This document shows positions 26,629-39,405 of a stretch of DNA of 64,000 bases, in pieces. The notes beneath the pieces were generated by a model that was not told where the DNA came from, did not search any database, and worked only from the letters and a program-made list of their open reading frames with translations. The stretch covers positions 231,201 to 295,200 of the forward strand of contig OZ287711.1 in assembly GCA_965649825.1 (NCBI GenBank). The letters run 5' to 3'. The translations under genes were made by a program, and so were the position numbers. Each line of letters starts with the position of its first letter. Positions within the stretch are counted from its first letter, which is position 1. This stretch comes from Penicillus capitatus (lineage: Eukaryota > Plantae > Chlorophyta).

Positions 26629-27995
26629 CTTGTAACGAACGGCGTTTGCCGACGAATGCAGAAACACGGCTTTCCGAGTTGAATAGCCTTTGTTTTATAG
26701 TCCTCGCTGACGTCGTCTAGCTTCATACGACATTCGTCAGATGTTCGCTTTCGATGTGACGCGACTCCTCGTGATGCCATGCGACATCTCATTCCAGACC
26801 AACGCTGCCTGCCGAGCACCAGTCCAAAATTCTCTTTGACCAGCCTCGACGCTCCACGAACTCCCTAAACTCGCCGTCCTTCTATGCCAGCATGAGCAAA
26901 TACAGTAGAGAGATATCGTCCGCGCCTGAACTTCAAACTTTGAGAAGAAAAGACAGCAGTCAGAGCAAAACATCAAACTGTTATGACGTACAACGAGCCG
27001 CTGATTAGACAGAGATGAACAGACAGTGTAGTAACGGATGGCATTTCATCGAAGCTTCTCATTTTTTCGAGTGTGCTTTGCTTCTGCGGTATCATTACCT
27101 TATGTCGTCCTTAACGGTGGGCATTGCAAACAGTTTCATCAAATCCGACTAAAGGATTAGCAGTCAGTCGTCTGCGAATTCTCCACAAAATTCTTCAGGA
27201 TGCGACGCATGGAGAGTTTGAAGATTACGTAAAGCAAGAGGCCAGTTGACGGTATCCTTTTTCTCATCGGGTGATAAATCGCACTGCAATGCCATGCTCC
27301 AGGCGCAAGTCCAGGACTGATTGTATCGTAGAGTCGAAGATCGAGCATTCACTGCGATCGCCTTGAAATCGACCGTCCCTCGAATGTAAGTCTGCTTTTA
27401 CATTGCAGCACCTGCTCTTCCACTGCCTCTTTGCCTGGCATCGTCTTCTCGTGAGCACTGTCCGCTCTTCAAGACCTTGTCAAAATGGAACACGAGACTC
27501 GAGGTATCGTCGTGGATTGCATAAATCGAGACAAATGAGCATCAGCGGAAGTGTCCACACCGCTATGGAGGTAACAGGTGTCACGAGCACTGCAGCCCGG
27601 CGGGTCTATGCACAAGTGGCTGAGAATGTGAAAGATGCGTTCTTTGTAAATGTCTCCTCGCTGTCACTGGTATGGTATGCGTCTATCCCACTGTGAGAAA
27701 CGACAGTCGCTGTGACTGTCATTCCTCTGTCATGGCGTGAGCTACGTGAGCGTGAAAGGAGTACGAACAAACGCATTGGTCTTTGATGGGACTGAGACAG
27801 ACGTGATCAGCAGATCACTAACGATCTCTCATAACAACCTCGTATCGTTCGTCTTTCTAAGAAGTCTTGTCAAACGAAACGACGAAAGGTTTTTAGACCG
27901 CCTTTTTCTTCCGTTTACGACTTTTTCGCTTCGTCTTTTTGCGTCCGTCTGGAACGCACTGTCCGTTTTTGTATTTGCCTCTGCGTTTGCGCTCA

Positions 27996-29108
27996 ATGTC
28001 TGTTCAGTCGGACTCTCCGAACCTCCCCGCGCTTCTGGTCGTTGGAAGGACGCGCGTGGGAAAAGGCCAATTTATTTCCACGGCTAACCAGATCCTCCAC
28101 GAATGCTCGCTTCCGGACATTGTTTCACATCGCAAAGTTTCGCACACCAGGACAACACGGGGATATCCTATGAGCCTTGATGGCCGCGACATCAGAATGG
28201 TGGACACTGTCGGCTTTGACGACAGTAGCGGAACGGACATTCCCGAAACAGCGTTGCTCCGTTTTTTGGAAAACACGGGAAAGGCTGACTTCTATCCACC
28301 ACTAGTGATACTTCAAACGCTGTCGGCACTCGAGAAGAATCTGTTGATGAAGATGGCAGCCGTCTTCCCAGAAGTCGTCGTGGCTTTTCGTGTAGGAGAC
28401 GAATCCGAAATCGAAGAGGCCCAGAATGACATTTATGCAGAGTGCCAAGTGACATCAATCAGGGTTTTCCCCATACAGACGTTCGTGCGTGACACCATTG
28501 ACGGAGGGCGCAGTCGGCAGTTGTATGACAGTAATGTCTCGGCTATACTGGATTTCTACAAGACCTTGACGCCTTCCAGGCAGATGCTGGATTTCTCAAA
28601 CCAGCTGTTTGCTGGACAGTATGAGAAGACGCCGTGTCCCAAAGAAACGAAAACTGAAGTTGTTGAGCTCAGCCACATAGAAACGCACCAAGAAACAAGG
28701 ACAGTTCCAGTTCCTAAAATCAAAGTCGTCAGCAATACATTGGATAGATACTATTACACCAACATCTTTGCGGTGTTCGCTGATGTCACACGTGAAGCCA
28801 AGGGAGAAATTACAGAGAGAATTCACCCAAGGGGGCCCCTTGCTGGTTTGTTTCACTTTTCGCGTGAGGTGTTTGGGAAATCCGAAGGCAATAGGCCGAC
28901 AAAGGAAGTGACTGTGTTTATCGACGAACAAAGAGACTTCGACGTTCCATTCACCATTACAGAGAAATTCCGCAGGACATCTCAGAGGGAAGTCGAAGAA
29001 GTGTGGAAGATACTCGCTGGAGAGATAAAGATTTATAAGGGATATGAATACGGGCCATGGGAGATCGTGAATGAAGACATTCTGCATCGCTCTGTTGACA
29101 GAGCCTGA
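27996..29108 (+). CDS. Hairpin-GTPase family paralogue B (370 aa, intact, intronless)
   Basis: LLVVGRTRVGKG (G1-like), VSHT (G2), MVDTVGFDDS (G3) and the conserved C-terminal KFRRTSQREVEEVWKILAG..GYEYGPW. Confidence 0.85.
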   Translation: MSVQSDSPNLPALLVVGRTRVGKGQFISTANQILHECSLPDIVSHRKVSHTRTTRGYPMSLDGRDIRMVDTVGFDDSSGTDIPETALLRFLENTGKADFYPPLVILQTLSALEKNLLMKMAAVFPEVVVAFRVGDESEIEEAQNDIYAECQVTSIRVFPIQTFVRDTIDGGRSRQLYDSNVSAILDFYKTLTPSRQMLDFSNQLFAGQYEKTPCPKETKTEVVELSHIETHQETRTVPVPKIKVVSNTLDRYYYTNIFAVFADVTREAKGEITERIHPRGPLAGLFHFSREVFGKSEGNRPTKEVTVFIDEQRDFDVPFTITEKFRRTSQREVEEVWKILAGEIKIYKGYEYGPWEIVNEDILHRSVDRA

Positions 29109-30898
29109 TCTGTCGTGTATTCGATGAGCATCTCTACTGACGATGAATGTTTGTGTTTGCCTTATCTTTCAGAATAACGCAAAGGTGAAAGCACTGCCGC
29201 TCTTGTGCTGCTTGTCCAAGAGAGCGTGTCCTGTTAGCGACGCGTGTTTTGCTGCCAAGAAGATGTCGATGGTCGTCTTAGATGTCTTCCCTAAGTGTAT
29301 GTACATAGCAAGAGGCGTGTGACTAAGGAGAGGAAGACTGTTTAGCTGTCTGCGGGATTCAGCGCAGCGAACCCTTTGCATTAGTCTGTTTCTTGTTTTC
29401 TGGATGTTAACACGGTTCAATCGCAGCAAATGTAAACGCTATTTGGGGATAAAGAAAAGAGTCAGAGCAGGCGCGTCGTTTACGAAAGAGAGATCCATTA
29501 GAGACACGCAATTACATGTACACAGACAGGCCTCAAGAAGTCGTTCAATCTCACTTAGAGTCAGTCGAGGATCCGAGGTGACGGCCATAACATTTGCCGT
29601 GTTGCGAAGCCATCCTGGACCGAGAAGCAAAAAGAGGAGAATGAGCGCGAGCCGCAAATACGTGTGACCTGGCAGAAAGGTAGAGATGAACATTTCGGAT
29701 GTCTTCTGAACAATACTTGTTGTTTGTCGTCTCAGACGTTTCGATCTCTGCATCCACTAGGTCTAGAAAGCGCGTGTCTTGCACAGCATTTATGAGCAAC
29801 CGAGTCGCACACACTTAATCATTTGGCCTTCCTTCGCCATCGTTGTCGTCCACGGTCTGCTGTGAATCCATCAAGAGGCCAAAGTGAGTTTACAGAAAGA
29901 GAAAGGCATCGACAAGGCGGAAAAAGACATCTTCCTGTGACGAGACATGTGAGGTAAACCGTTTCAGGCAGACGCTTGGTAACGCCGTAGCTTTCGTTTA
30001 GCGATGCTGGAGGAACTTTGGTCCTCTGTTGCGTCTCTTTCAGGAGTCTTTGGTCTCTCTACAACGTTAAAATCAACACTCGGCGAATCGTGGAGACGTG
30101 AAATGAAGCTTATCGGCTGCGAGACAAAGTCGACGGATGTCAACAGAAAAGAAGCATTGCTGTGGCAGTTTCATGGAAAAGCGTCTGTTTGGGGAGCAAT
30201 GACTTACATACGCGAACATGCTCAGCGCAGGACAGGTGTTACGAAAGATAGATAGATCCATCCGTTCTGTAACAGCTAGCCTTACAAACGCGTGTCGCTC
30301 TCGACTGGCATCAAGACGCTGCGAGATGATGGTAACTATATGAAATCAGATGAAATCTCTTGTAAAGGGTGTACACTGTCCTATGCATAGACGCGCTTAC
30401 CAAATTAGGCAAACTGTAGTTTCCCGATTCCTTACATCCGATGTCAATTTGTAACAAGTTTAAGCAATACGCAAACGTCCCAAGTTGAAAACCTCCTGTA
30501 CTTCTCTCAAAGAAAAGCCTTGCGGCGTTCTCATACAGTGTCCTTCCTTCCTCCCTTCCTCCGACTTGGTTTCGAGATCATGTTCTCGATAATAGCTGAG
30601 ATCTCGAAGAAGGTAGATGGGATTTCAGCTCGCCCTTCACAGTCGATCTCCGTCTAAAGAGATCCATCTGACTAAGATCTATGGTGAGTGATATTGTCTG
30701 GCGGAGTATATGCCAGACGAGCGTCGCGCGATCGAACAGGATCTGTTCAGCCGCGCGGCGCTCGTCTGGCGCATAGAACGCCCGACAAAAATTAGGCTAT
30801 CCCGTCGAGAACCGAGACCGGTCCTCGAGGGAAGCAAGTTGAAGAGAAGTGAAGAAAAATTTGAGAGGCGGTGGCCACCACCATGGAAGATAGGCCGT

Positions 30899-31013
30899 AG
30901 CCCGCCCGTCACCGTCCGCGTGTCTCTCCTCGCAGGCCGAAGCCCGCCCGTCACCGTCCGCGAGTCGTCCTCGCAGGCCGAAGCCCGCCCGTCACCGTCC
31001 GCGTGTCTCTCTG
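30899..31013. repeat. GC-rich direct repeat, 2.7 x 41-42 bp
   Basis: AGCCCGCCCGTCACCGTCCGCG occurs at 30899, 30941 and 30982. Confidence 0.9.
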
Positions 31014-33202
31014 CAAAAAAACATAGAAGAGAACACCTACTTTGTGAAGTGGCGATTCCGTGGCATCTTCCAGCTGTTGCGCTCACGAAGCTGGGTTGGG
31101 ACTCTGTTTTTACGGACTTCTCGAATGCCGCCTACGTGCAGAAGAAACTTGGCGTCAGTTCAGAGCCCTCTCTGTTCGGGGAACTTACCTTCAGAATTTG
31201 GCGCGAAGGCGCCCCTCGTCCGTTTTTCTCTCCGGCCACGTTTCCGTCTTCCGCTTCTGCGTGCGAAGCGACCTACAAAGCCAGGACAGCGCCGAATGAA
31301 CAGAAAGTGACAGAGACTTACCTTTCGGCGAGGTCGGCTGGCTGACTTCGTCTTCGGGGTCCAACACCTAAGAACGCGAAGAACTGCGCCGACGGAGACA
31401 TTGCGTCCGCGTCGCGTCGACAGAGTGTATGAACTTGCCTTACAAGTTCACCGTCGCGCGTTTTGCATCTGCGCCAGTCGGAGGCTTGAAACGAAATCAG
31501 TCGACAAAAAAGACGGGAATGACAACCGCGTTCCGCCTTTTATGGGTTGGAAGTTCACGATGTGACGTCGCCTGACGTCAGATCGAGTCGGAGGAAATGG
31601 AAAATGCCGTCGGACAGGAAGCGCCTCTGGATATGTTGTCGGTTCGAATTCTCTGAGAAACACAGACCCTACACCTCAGTGATGACCGTTCTGACGAATT
31701 CGCGCATCCAAGTCACATCGCGTTACGCGCACCGCATCTACGCATTCAGGCGGGACCCATTAGACTGCCTGTCACATCTTGAACCTTGTCATGGCCACAT
31801 CGACTGTGCAAAAAAGTCACGCTCTGTCCGATGCTGCCTACCAAAGGAGAATCTGCACACTTCGTGTGGAAGGTGAGATGTGTTCTGAGCAAAAAGACGT
31901 GGATACCTTCGGTTTTCGCCCTCCAGTTGACTGTGGCGTCAAACAGGGGAGTTCGCGTTGCAAGCGATGGATTACATCGATGCGCATGTCTGGATTACTT
32001 TTACTTTTCTGGATATTCGGCACACTCGGCTTAAGCTCGTTACCTGCCCGACGAACACTAGCATTCGCATGTTTGTCATTGAAAACGGGACTCTGTACAT
32101 CGTCTGTCTTCTCTGTTTATAACAATCCCATCTTCGGCACCGCCAACGTTGCAGACGAACAACGATATGACGGGAGAGTGAGTGAAATCTGCTCGAGCTG
32201 ACGTCGTTCGAGTTCGAGACTCGCCGCCAGTGCTCGTGCCTGTGTGTATATGCGCTATTCAAAACACACTGCAGATGGAGTCTACTCAGTAGCGAGGTGA
32301 GAGTGGATCAGGTCAGTCGGATGACCGATCTCTTTACGCCACATGTTGCTCATATAGCGAGGCCTGACAAGGGTATCGCATTCTACCGAGAGGGACTGGG
32401 ACTCTAACTGGGGGACTCGCGGCCATTATCGACTTCACTGCGAAGGATCTACAAAAAACACTAAGCAGACTTCTATGACGGAAGGCGCATCACGGCGAAC
32501 GGCCAATCCTTTATAATATCCGGCAGAAGATATAGTGCCCCGAATCTCTGTGCTTAAGGAATGCCTCAACGGTTACTGAAGGCAGCAGCTGCGAGAGGCC
32601 CGAATGGACGGACACATGTTTGCTCAGTACAAGGACGCCGAGGATGCGTAGCGTTTGGCGTTTCGTTCGATGAGCGCCGCCACTGGTTTCTGATAACGTT
32701 ATTTGTAAAGATGGACTCAAAGAAGTTTCCATTCCTACTGAGCACTCGCGTTTCGCGGCAGGACTGCGGCGTCCATGCCCAAACTGCCGTTCCTTTGGGC
32801 GTCTTGGCAGACGGATCTGTTACGCGATTGATTTATCGTCGCGTTCTCACCGATTGTTTTTCCGTACGCGGTGTGACTTTTCGCAATCTACGATGGTCTC
32901 CCTAAGAAGGTTTGTTGTTGTGTTCGAAACGATGTGCTAGATGCTCGTTCTGTATCGGAGAGCATGCACGCCACTAGCGCAGCCATAGGATAGCCAGAGA
33001 GAGTTAACAGTTCTCTGTGCGCTGTTCTTTGATTCGAAGCACTCTATCTAGATTAGACGTCTGATGGTTCGATCGACGCGATCAGTTTAATCTTCATTTG
33101 CCGTAAGCTGCATACCACCTCCACCAAAACGTTATACCCAAGGTCAGCTGCTTTTCCTTTCAAACAGAGCGAGAGCTCTCTTGTGCTGTGTAGATTTCAG
33201 GC

Positions 33203-36200
33203 ATGTTTTCCAAAGAGATCCAAGATGGGCCCAGCGACGGTACGGCGGGTGGCCATCAAAACGGCAGCGGCCCCGAAGTGCGACCCGCAGGACAAAGCGA
33301 CAATGTTTCAGACGAGAAGAAACTGAGGGCTCTCGTTAGAGAGAAGAGCATCGACTCAACGGCATCTCTGGTCCGAGCTTATAACGGCTCGGCGACTGGA
33401 GAGACGGAACATCTCCTTCACAAATTTCTTTTCATCTACTGTGCGAAGAAAGAGCAGTACATCAATCCTAACACCGTCATAGAGTATGCGGAGCTCTGTA
33501 AGATAAAGCCAAGGACGGACGACGACAGAGAGCTGCTCCACGAGGTGGTCTTGGCTCTCACTGGTCGGATTCCCGTTGGAGAATTTGCCGCCGAAAGCGT
33601 CGCGGAGGCGCTGTACAGGTCGTTGCTCTGGACACCTCCTGCCATTATCCAAGAAGACCTGACAGGACTCACAGCATTGGCGGACAAGCTCACGGCCAGT
33701 CTACATCCGACGCCGCGGCTGACGGAGGCTAATTTTCCTTCCCATGAGGCCACATTCGAGGCACTGCACGAAGTCTTCGTCCTCATGCAGAGGACAGCGA
33801 ATAAGAGAGTGACGGTGGAGCAGAAGAAGAGGTTCCAGTCGAGCCTCAGGGCGAAGCGTTCGTCGATGGGCGACTCATGCAAGCACTATCCCGTCCAGTA
33901 CTACTTCAGACTCATCGAACAGAGCATCCAGCGACTAGAGCTCGATGAAGAGCCTTCTCCGATTCTCAAGGCCATCCATTGCTTGTACATCATCACCTGC
34001 GGGTTCCTGCACATCTCCCACGCAGTGAAGCAAATACTAAAACTCGATATCGATCCCTCCCAGCTGAAAGCGCTGCCTGGCAATCTGAAAGAATTGGTTG
34101 CCGACATAGACGTTGCCGAGCGTCAATGGTACGATCTGCTTCAGGCTCTCAGCGTTGCGGGCAAGAAGACCGTCGAAGATCACCAGAAGCTTGAGATCTT
34201 CGAAGAGAGCTACAAGACCGTGGAAGCGACTGTCTGGAAGATGCGACGTAACGAAGACGGCAAAGCGCTGCTCTTTGGGCTCATGCAGGAGCTCCGTCAC
34301 CTCTCGTTAGCTCAAGGCTCTGCCGAGGTTAGCGCGTCAGGATCATCGAAGCTCTTTGCTCTGGCGGAGGCCGTTTCCAATAGCGTTTGGGTCAAAGACA
34401 AAGACATTGTGGAAGCGTTGCTCCGCTGTCTTCACGCCGTCCGTTCCAGAGGCAACGATGCTGAGGCAGCGCTGAGATTCTCGCAGCGACTGATTGACTC
34501 CGTCAAGTCGAATGCAGTCAGTAAAGCCGTGCGAGAATGGACGGGCGATAAGTCGCTCGAAGAGAAGCTCAGGGAAGCAGTGCATTCGCCACCAGAGCCG
34601 ACTGGGCAGCTCTTCCACGCAATGAGTCGAGAGATCGATCTCGTTCCGTTGGAAGAGGCACACAGCAACATCGAACGTCTCAGAATCCTGTACCAAAGCA
34701 AAAGATTTGCGACGGTAAGACTGCTCTCATTGTTCCTGATCGTTGAGAGTGTGTATGTCGAAGATGCCTTCTCTGTTCGACGAAGACGTGTGCGTGCACG
34801 TAAACTCCATGGAGCGTCACATCGTTATCTGCCAGACTGTCGAGGAAAACGATAGTATCGTGTCTGAGCAAACAGACTCCCAGCAAAGAGAAGATGGCTG
34901 TGCATCTGGACGCATTGCCAAGATGCCGATCGCGTTGGAGGACCTTTTCAAAGCGAGATCTCCGAAGAAGAATGCTCCTTTGCAAAGGATCCGTCGGATC
35001 TTGTTTCACGGGAAGCCAGGCTCGGGGAAGACGTGCGTCGGCAAAGCAGTCGCATACATGTGGGCGACAGGTCAGGCCTGGCCCGAGGTCGGCGCCGTTT
35101 ACGTCCTGTCCGCAAGAGAGCTCAATGACCCAGGACTCAACAGTGACGAAGACAAATCGCTCGTCGTGTCGATCGTCAAGCATTGCTTCACCGTCGAGCG
35201 TGTATCCGACAGAGGACTGTGCGCTCAAGTGGACGACCAGCTGGACCTCGACACGACGTTGCTCGTCATCGACGGTTTGGATGAAGCAAACGAGAGGGCC
35301 AATGAGATATTGGCGTCGGCGAGGCGTAGGCGATGCAGAGTCCTGTGGCTCACGCGTCCATACAATCTCCGGTCGATGCGTGAACTCGCAGACATCGAAG
35401 TGGAGTGCCTGGGATTCAGTGACAAACAAGTCGAGACGTATGTGGAGAAAGAGGTGCCGTTGGACAGCGGACGAAAGCTATTCGACGTCCTGAAGTCCAA
35501 TGCCTCGCTGTGGGAAGTGGCCCACATCCCAGTGATGGCCCACATCCTCAGCTTCCTGTGGAAAGAGGGAGTTGTGAACTTCGGCGGAGGCCGTCGATTG
35601 TGTCCCGCTTCGATGTACGCCGACATGGTCAACTACATTTGGCGTCGTTTCTTGAAGAAGGCGGGAGAGGAGAAGGCCACGCGCAAAGAGGTCTTTGCAA
35701 CGCTGGAAGCAATTGCATTCGACGCTCTACGCGAAGACCGCATCCTCATCAGCATGAGCTTCGTGGAGCGTCGCGAGGACTCGTTGAATGTCAAGGCGGT
35801 GCTGAGGCACAGTGGATTCCTGCTGTTCAAGGCAGAAGGTCTAGACTACCAGTTTCCGCATCTGACCTTCCAGGAATACTTTGCAGCGAGGTGGCTCGCG
35901 CACAGCCTGAATAAGTCGACCGAATCAGACGAACACCAGAAGGCGCTGGAGTTCTTGCGAGAGGAGAAGTATTTGGATAGACACAGGACAACGCTGATGT
36001 TCCTGGCCCAGCAGCTGGCGGTACAGCAGGGAGTCGCCGGATTGCCAGAACTGCTGTCAAGCCTCGACGAGGAACCGATTGAAGTAATCGGTCTGCAACA
36101 TCTGTTCCTGAAACTTCGCGTCGCGGAATCCTGGCTGACGGCGCTGGACGATTCGAACATAGAAGAGTTCTGTCACTGCGACGCCGTTGTTCAACTCATT

Positions 36201-38135
36201 GACGTCTCGATATCCGTACCTAGACTTCCAGACAAAATAGTGGTGCGCCGTGAGTTCGGTGATCTTTTTCGACACATGATTCTGCAATGCCCCACTTTGT
36301 TCGCCACTGTTCCCAAGATTCTCGATCATCTGACAGAGAAAACGATGGTCAGATACACAGTGCAATACGGTGTGTTTGGAGAAGTTGTTGGAGCCGCGAA
36401 ACATTCCCCCGGACACTTGAAGATATTGGTCGAAGAAGCCCGGCGTAACATACTGAGCGCTGTTAAGCTGGATCGCTATATTGGAATGGACATGCTGCGA
36501 GAACTACTAGACTGTGCACCTCAGCTGTCTGCAGATCTTTTGTCGCTGTGCGAGATGGTGCTTCTGAACAAGATTTTCAGTGGTCCGGGAACGTCATTGC
36601 AAGCCGTGATCAGTGTCCTGACAGATACGAAGAATATTCCGTCCGGGCTGTTGTCTCTGCTTGAAAGAACGAGCGCAAATCCGAATAAGTCTGCCAGGAA
36701 GGCTGTCATGGAAGCGATCGGGAGCTTTGCGTCTGCAGCCTCCGAACAATACAGTCGTATTCTGTCGCTCATAAAGAGAGCTTGCGAGGACGAAGATGTG
36801 GATGTCTGCCAGGAGGCACTGAGAGCCATCAGGCATTTCGTTTCAGAACAGGAATTCCTACTTGCTGACCTCATTCCGGTGGTAGAGCGCCTTACCCGTG
36901 ATGAAAACGAAGAGGTTCGTCGAGAAGCAATCAAGACGATCGAGTGCATGGGCAGAAAATCGCCACAGGTCTGGCCTCTGCTTCCAGCTCTGTGCCACTC
37001 GATGTGCTCGGCCGAGAAAGCAAGTGTGCGACGAGATGCGGTTGAGATGGCTGGACGTCTGGCAGCGTACGTACCGCCACTCCGAGGCGATCTAGTACCC
37101 TTGATAGAGGCAGGCTGCGCGGACGAGTGCGCTGTCGTCCGGGCAGCAGGAATGTGGGCAATCAAGCTCCTTGCCACCAGATCATCGGAGAATACGAACC
37201 ACCTGTTACGCACAGCTGCAGCGGGGTATGTGGATGAGAACGCGTCCGTTCGCCGGGCAGCGATGGAAGCCATCAGTCGTCTCGCTTTGGCTTCGCACCT
37301 TTCAGAAGATATCATGTCGCTGGTCAAGAGAGGGTCCCTGGATGAGGATGTCCATGTGCGTCTGTGGGCGGTTGATGCACTCGGCCGACTCTCTTCCGCT
37401 GCGCCTCACCTTTCAGAAGACATCCTCGTGTTGCTGCGCCAGAGTTGCTCCGATGAAAACGTCCAAGTGAGGCAGTGGTCGATGGAAGCCATCGGGAATC
37501 TGGCTTCAGCGGTACCAGACCTCGCTGTCGACATCTTGCCGTTGTTGAGAGTCGGTTGCTCGGACGGCGAGGAGCACGTGCGCTTGTGGGCCTTAAAGGC
37601 AATCAGCCGATTGGCAGCAGCTGCGCCACAGCTTTCAGAGAGTCTTTTGCCGCCGCTGAGAAACGTCAACGCAGGCGAAGACGCACACATGATGAAGAGA
37701 GCGGACGAAGCGATGAGGGCCATTTCATCAGCGACGTCTCTACGTCTCTTTCCCCGTCTTCTCGGCGCATCCGAAACCGAACGTGCGACAGACAGATCGA
37801 TGGGATCAGGAGCAGGGGCCAGTAACAAAACCGCGTTGGCGTTCGAAGATGTTCTGAGGGAGGCTATTGAGACAATGCGGCCGACCAAGTCACATCAATT
37901 TGCGTCTTGGTTTCTGTACGAAGCTGTCACCGTGGAGAAGACGAAGAAAAGCGGATACGGTAAAGTCGTTCTGCATTCGACCGATAAAAGAGTCGTTGGC
38001 GAGTATCCTATGGAGCACCTGAAGCAATTCCTGTCTGCTGTCGCCGAGATTCTCGACACATTTTATGATGGACTGCCGATTTCATTACGTAAAATCACGA
38101 CGAAGAAGTGCGAGAAGGACAGACTGGTCCAATAA
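33203..38135 (+). CDS. NLR-like STAND protein: N-terminal helical domain + NACHT NTPase + about 10 HEAT repeats (about 1627 aa, 2 exons)
   Basis: An intron at 34715-34763 joins ORF 33203 to ORF 34743 in frame. Walker A GKPGSGKT, Walker B LLVIDGLDE, LWLTRP, HIPVM and FPHLTFQEYFAA are present, then 39-aa D/E..VR..A..A repeats at about 36680-37720. Confidence 0.88.
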
Positions 38136-39405
38136 CTGCAAACCGTCCGTCGACTCCACTTCATTCCTTACGTGCACGCGAGACAGGACCCCGTCCATGC
38201 CAAAGCCGCTTTTTTATCTTTCATGCTTTCAGATTTCGTCCAGTTTGTTTAAAGAACTGGTGAAAGAAGCAAAACAGAACTCCGACCTCTCCCTCATGGA
38301 AAGTGTTCGAGGACGAAGCCAACCAACTTCACAGGAAATTCAGTACTTGAGTCCTCGATCAGACTTCTCGATGGATAGACTGTTTCTTGCCTTTACTGAC
38401 GGTGTCTGAGAAGTGCATTGTACATACGGAAGAAGTGCTTGCCTTCACTTGATAGAAAAAGATAAAAAGAGAGACAGCATCCATAAAGACGCTGGGAACG
38501 ATTGTGTGAACTGTTCGTTTTAGTCGAAAGCGGCGAAGTCCTACCGTGGCCCCGATTGGAAACGACGTCGGTACGCTATCTCTCTGAGCTGGGTATTTTG
38601 TTTCGATGCACTGTTTCTGGTAGTTGCTACAAACAAAACTTGAAAAACTGCATGGACAATGCGTTAACAGCATTCCTCCACTTTATGGAAGAGGTCTTCG
38701 TAAGCGACTATCCACGACGGGTGCGATCATGATTCGCTCACGTCAGCTTTGAATCTTCGGACTCTGAATGAAGATAAGAACGCAAGCACTCTCCTTAATT
38801 ATCGGTGAGAAATTCATCCCGCTACAGATGCAAGAGTCAAACAGCGTTAGACACACTGCCACGCTTTTACTTTCCTTCGGATATTTGAATTGCGCCGCAT
38901 CGACATCGACATCGACATGACCAACGCGTTAAGAAGTGACTAGCGTGTGATTTCTTTTCGTTTTGGCCAAAAACCATCCATTCTCGCTGTACTCAGAGAT
39001 GCTTTGGATAGATTCTTTGCGAAATCGCTTCTTTTGGACACAAGCGAAGTTTGTTCAGGAGTCAAGTTTTCTCAATCATTGCTTACCAAACATCTCCAAA
39101 TACGTCGCGCTACGTTCGCCCTTCGTTTTTTTCTGCGCGTTGCTTGAGGACTCGAGATGCGTTGCACATCACAATCACCGGTAATGAACGGGGCAGCTCA
39201 CACGTGTCCGGAGTTCGGAACCGTGTGATACGATTTCTCTCTCAACCTCGTATCGTTGACCTCCAAGTCGTATCAGACACTCTCGAGAATCTTTCTCGGA
39301 TGACCTTTACCTGGTATCTGTCACTGAGCCGCTCTTCACTTCCGCTTCTTGCTTCCTACGTGCAGTACTGTTTCGCGTTGACAAGCACGTTCGCGTTTGC
39401 ACCGA

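Noticed and set aside
30899-31013. Possible CRISPR array
   Set aside because: Eukaryotic context, only three units, near-identical inter-repeat sequence rather than unique spacers, and no cas genes.
31779-32201. LINE reverse transcriptase remnant (GVKQG)
   Set aside because: An isolated pentapeptide; no following PLSP or YADD motifs in any frame I could see.
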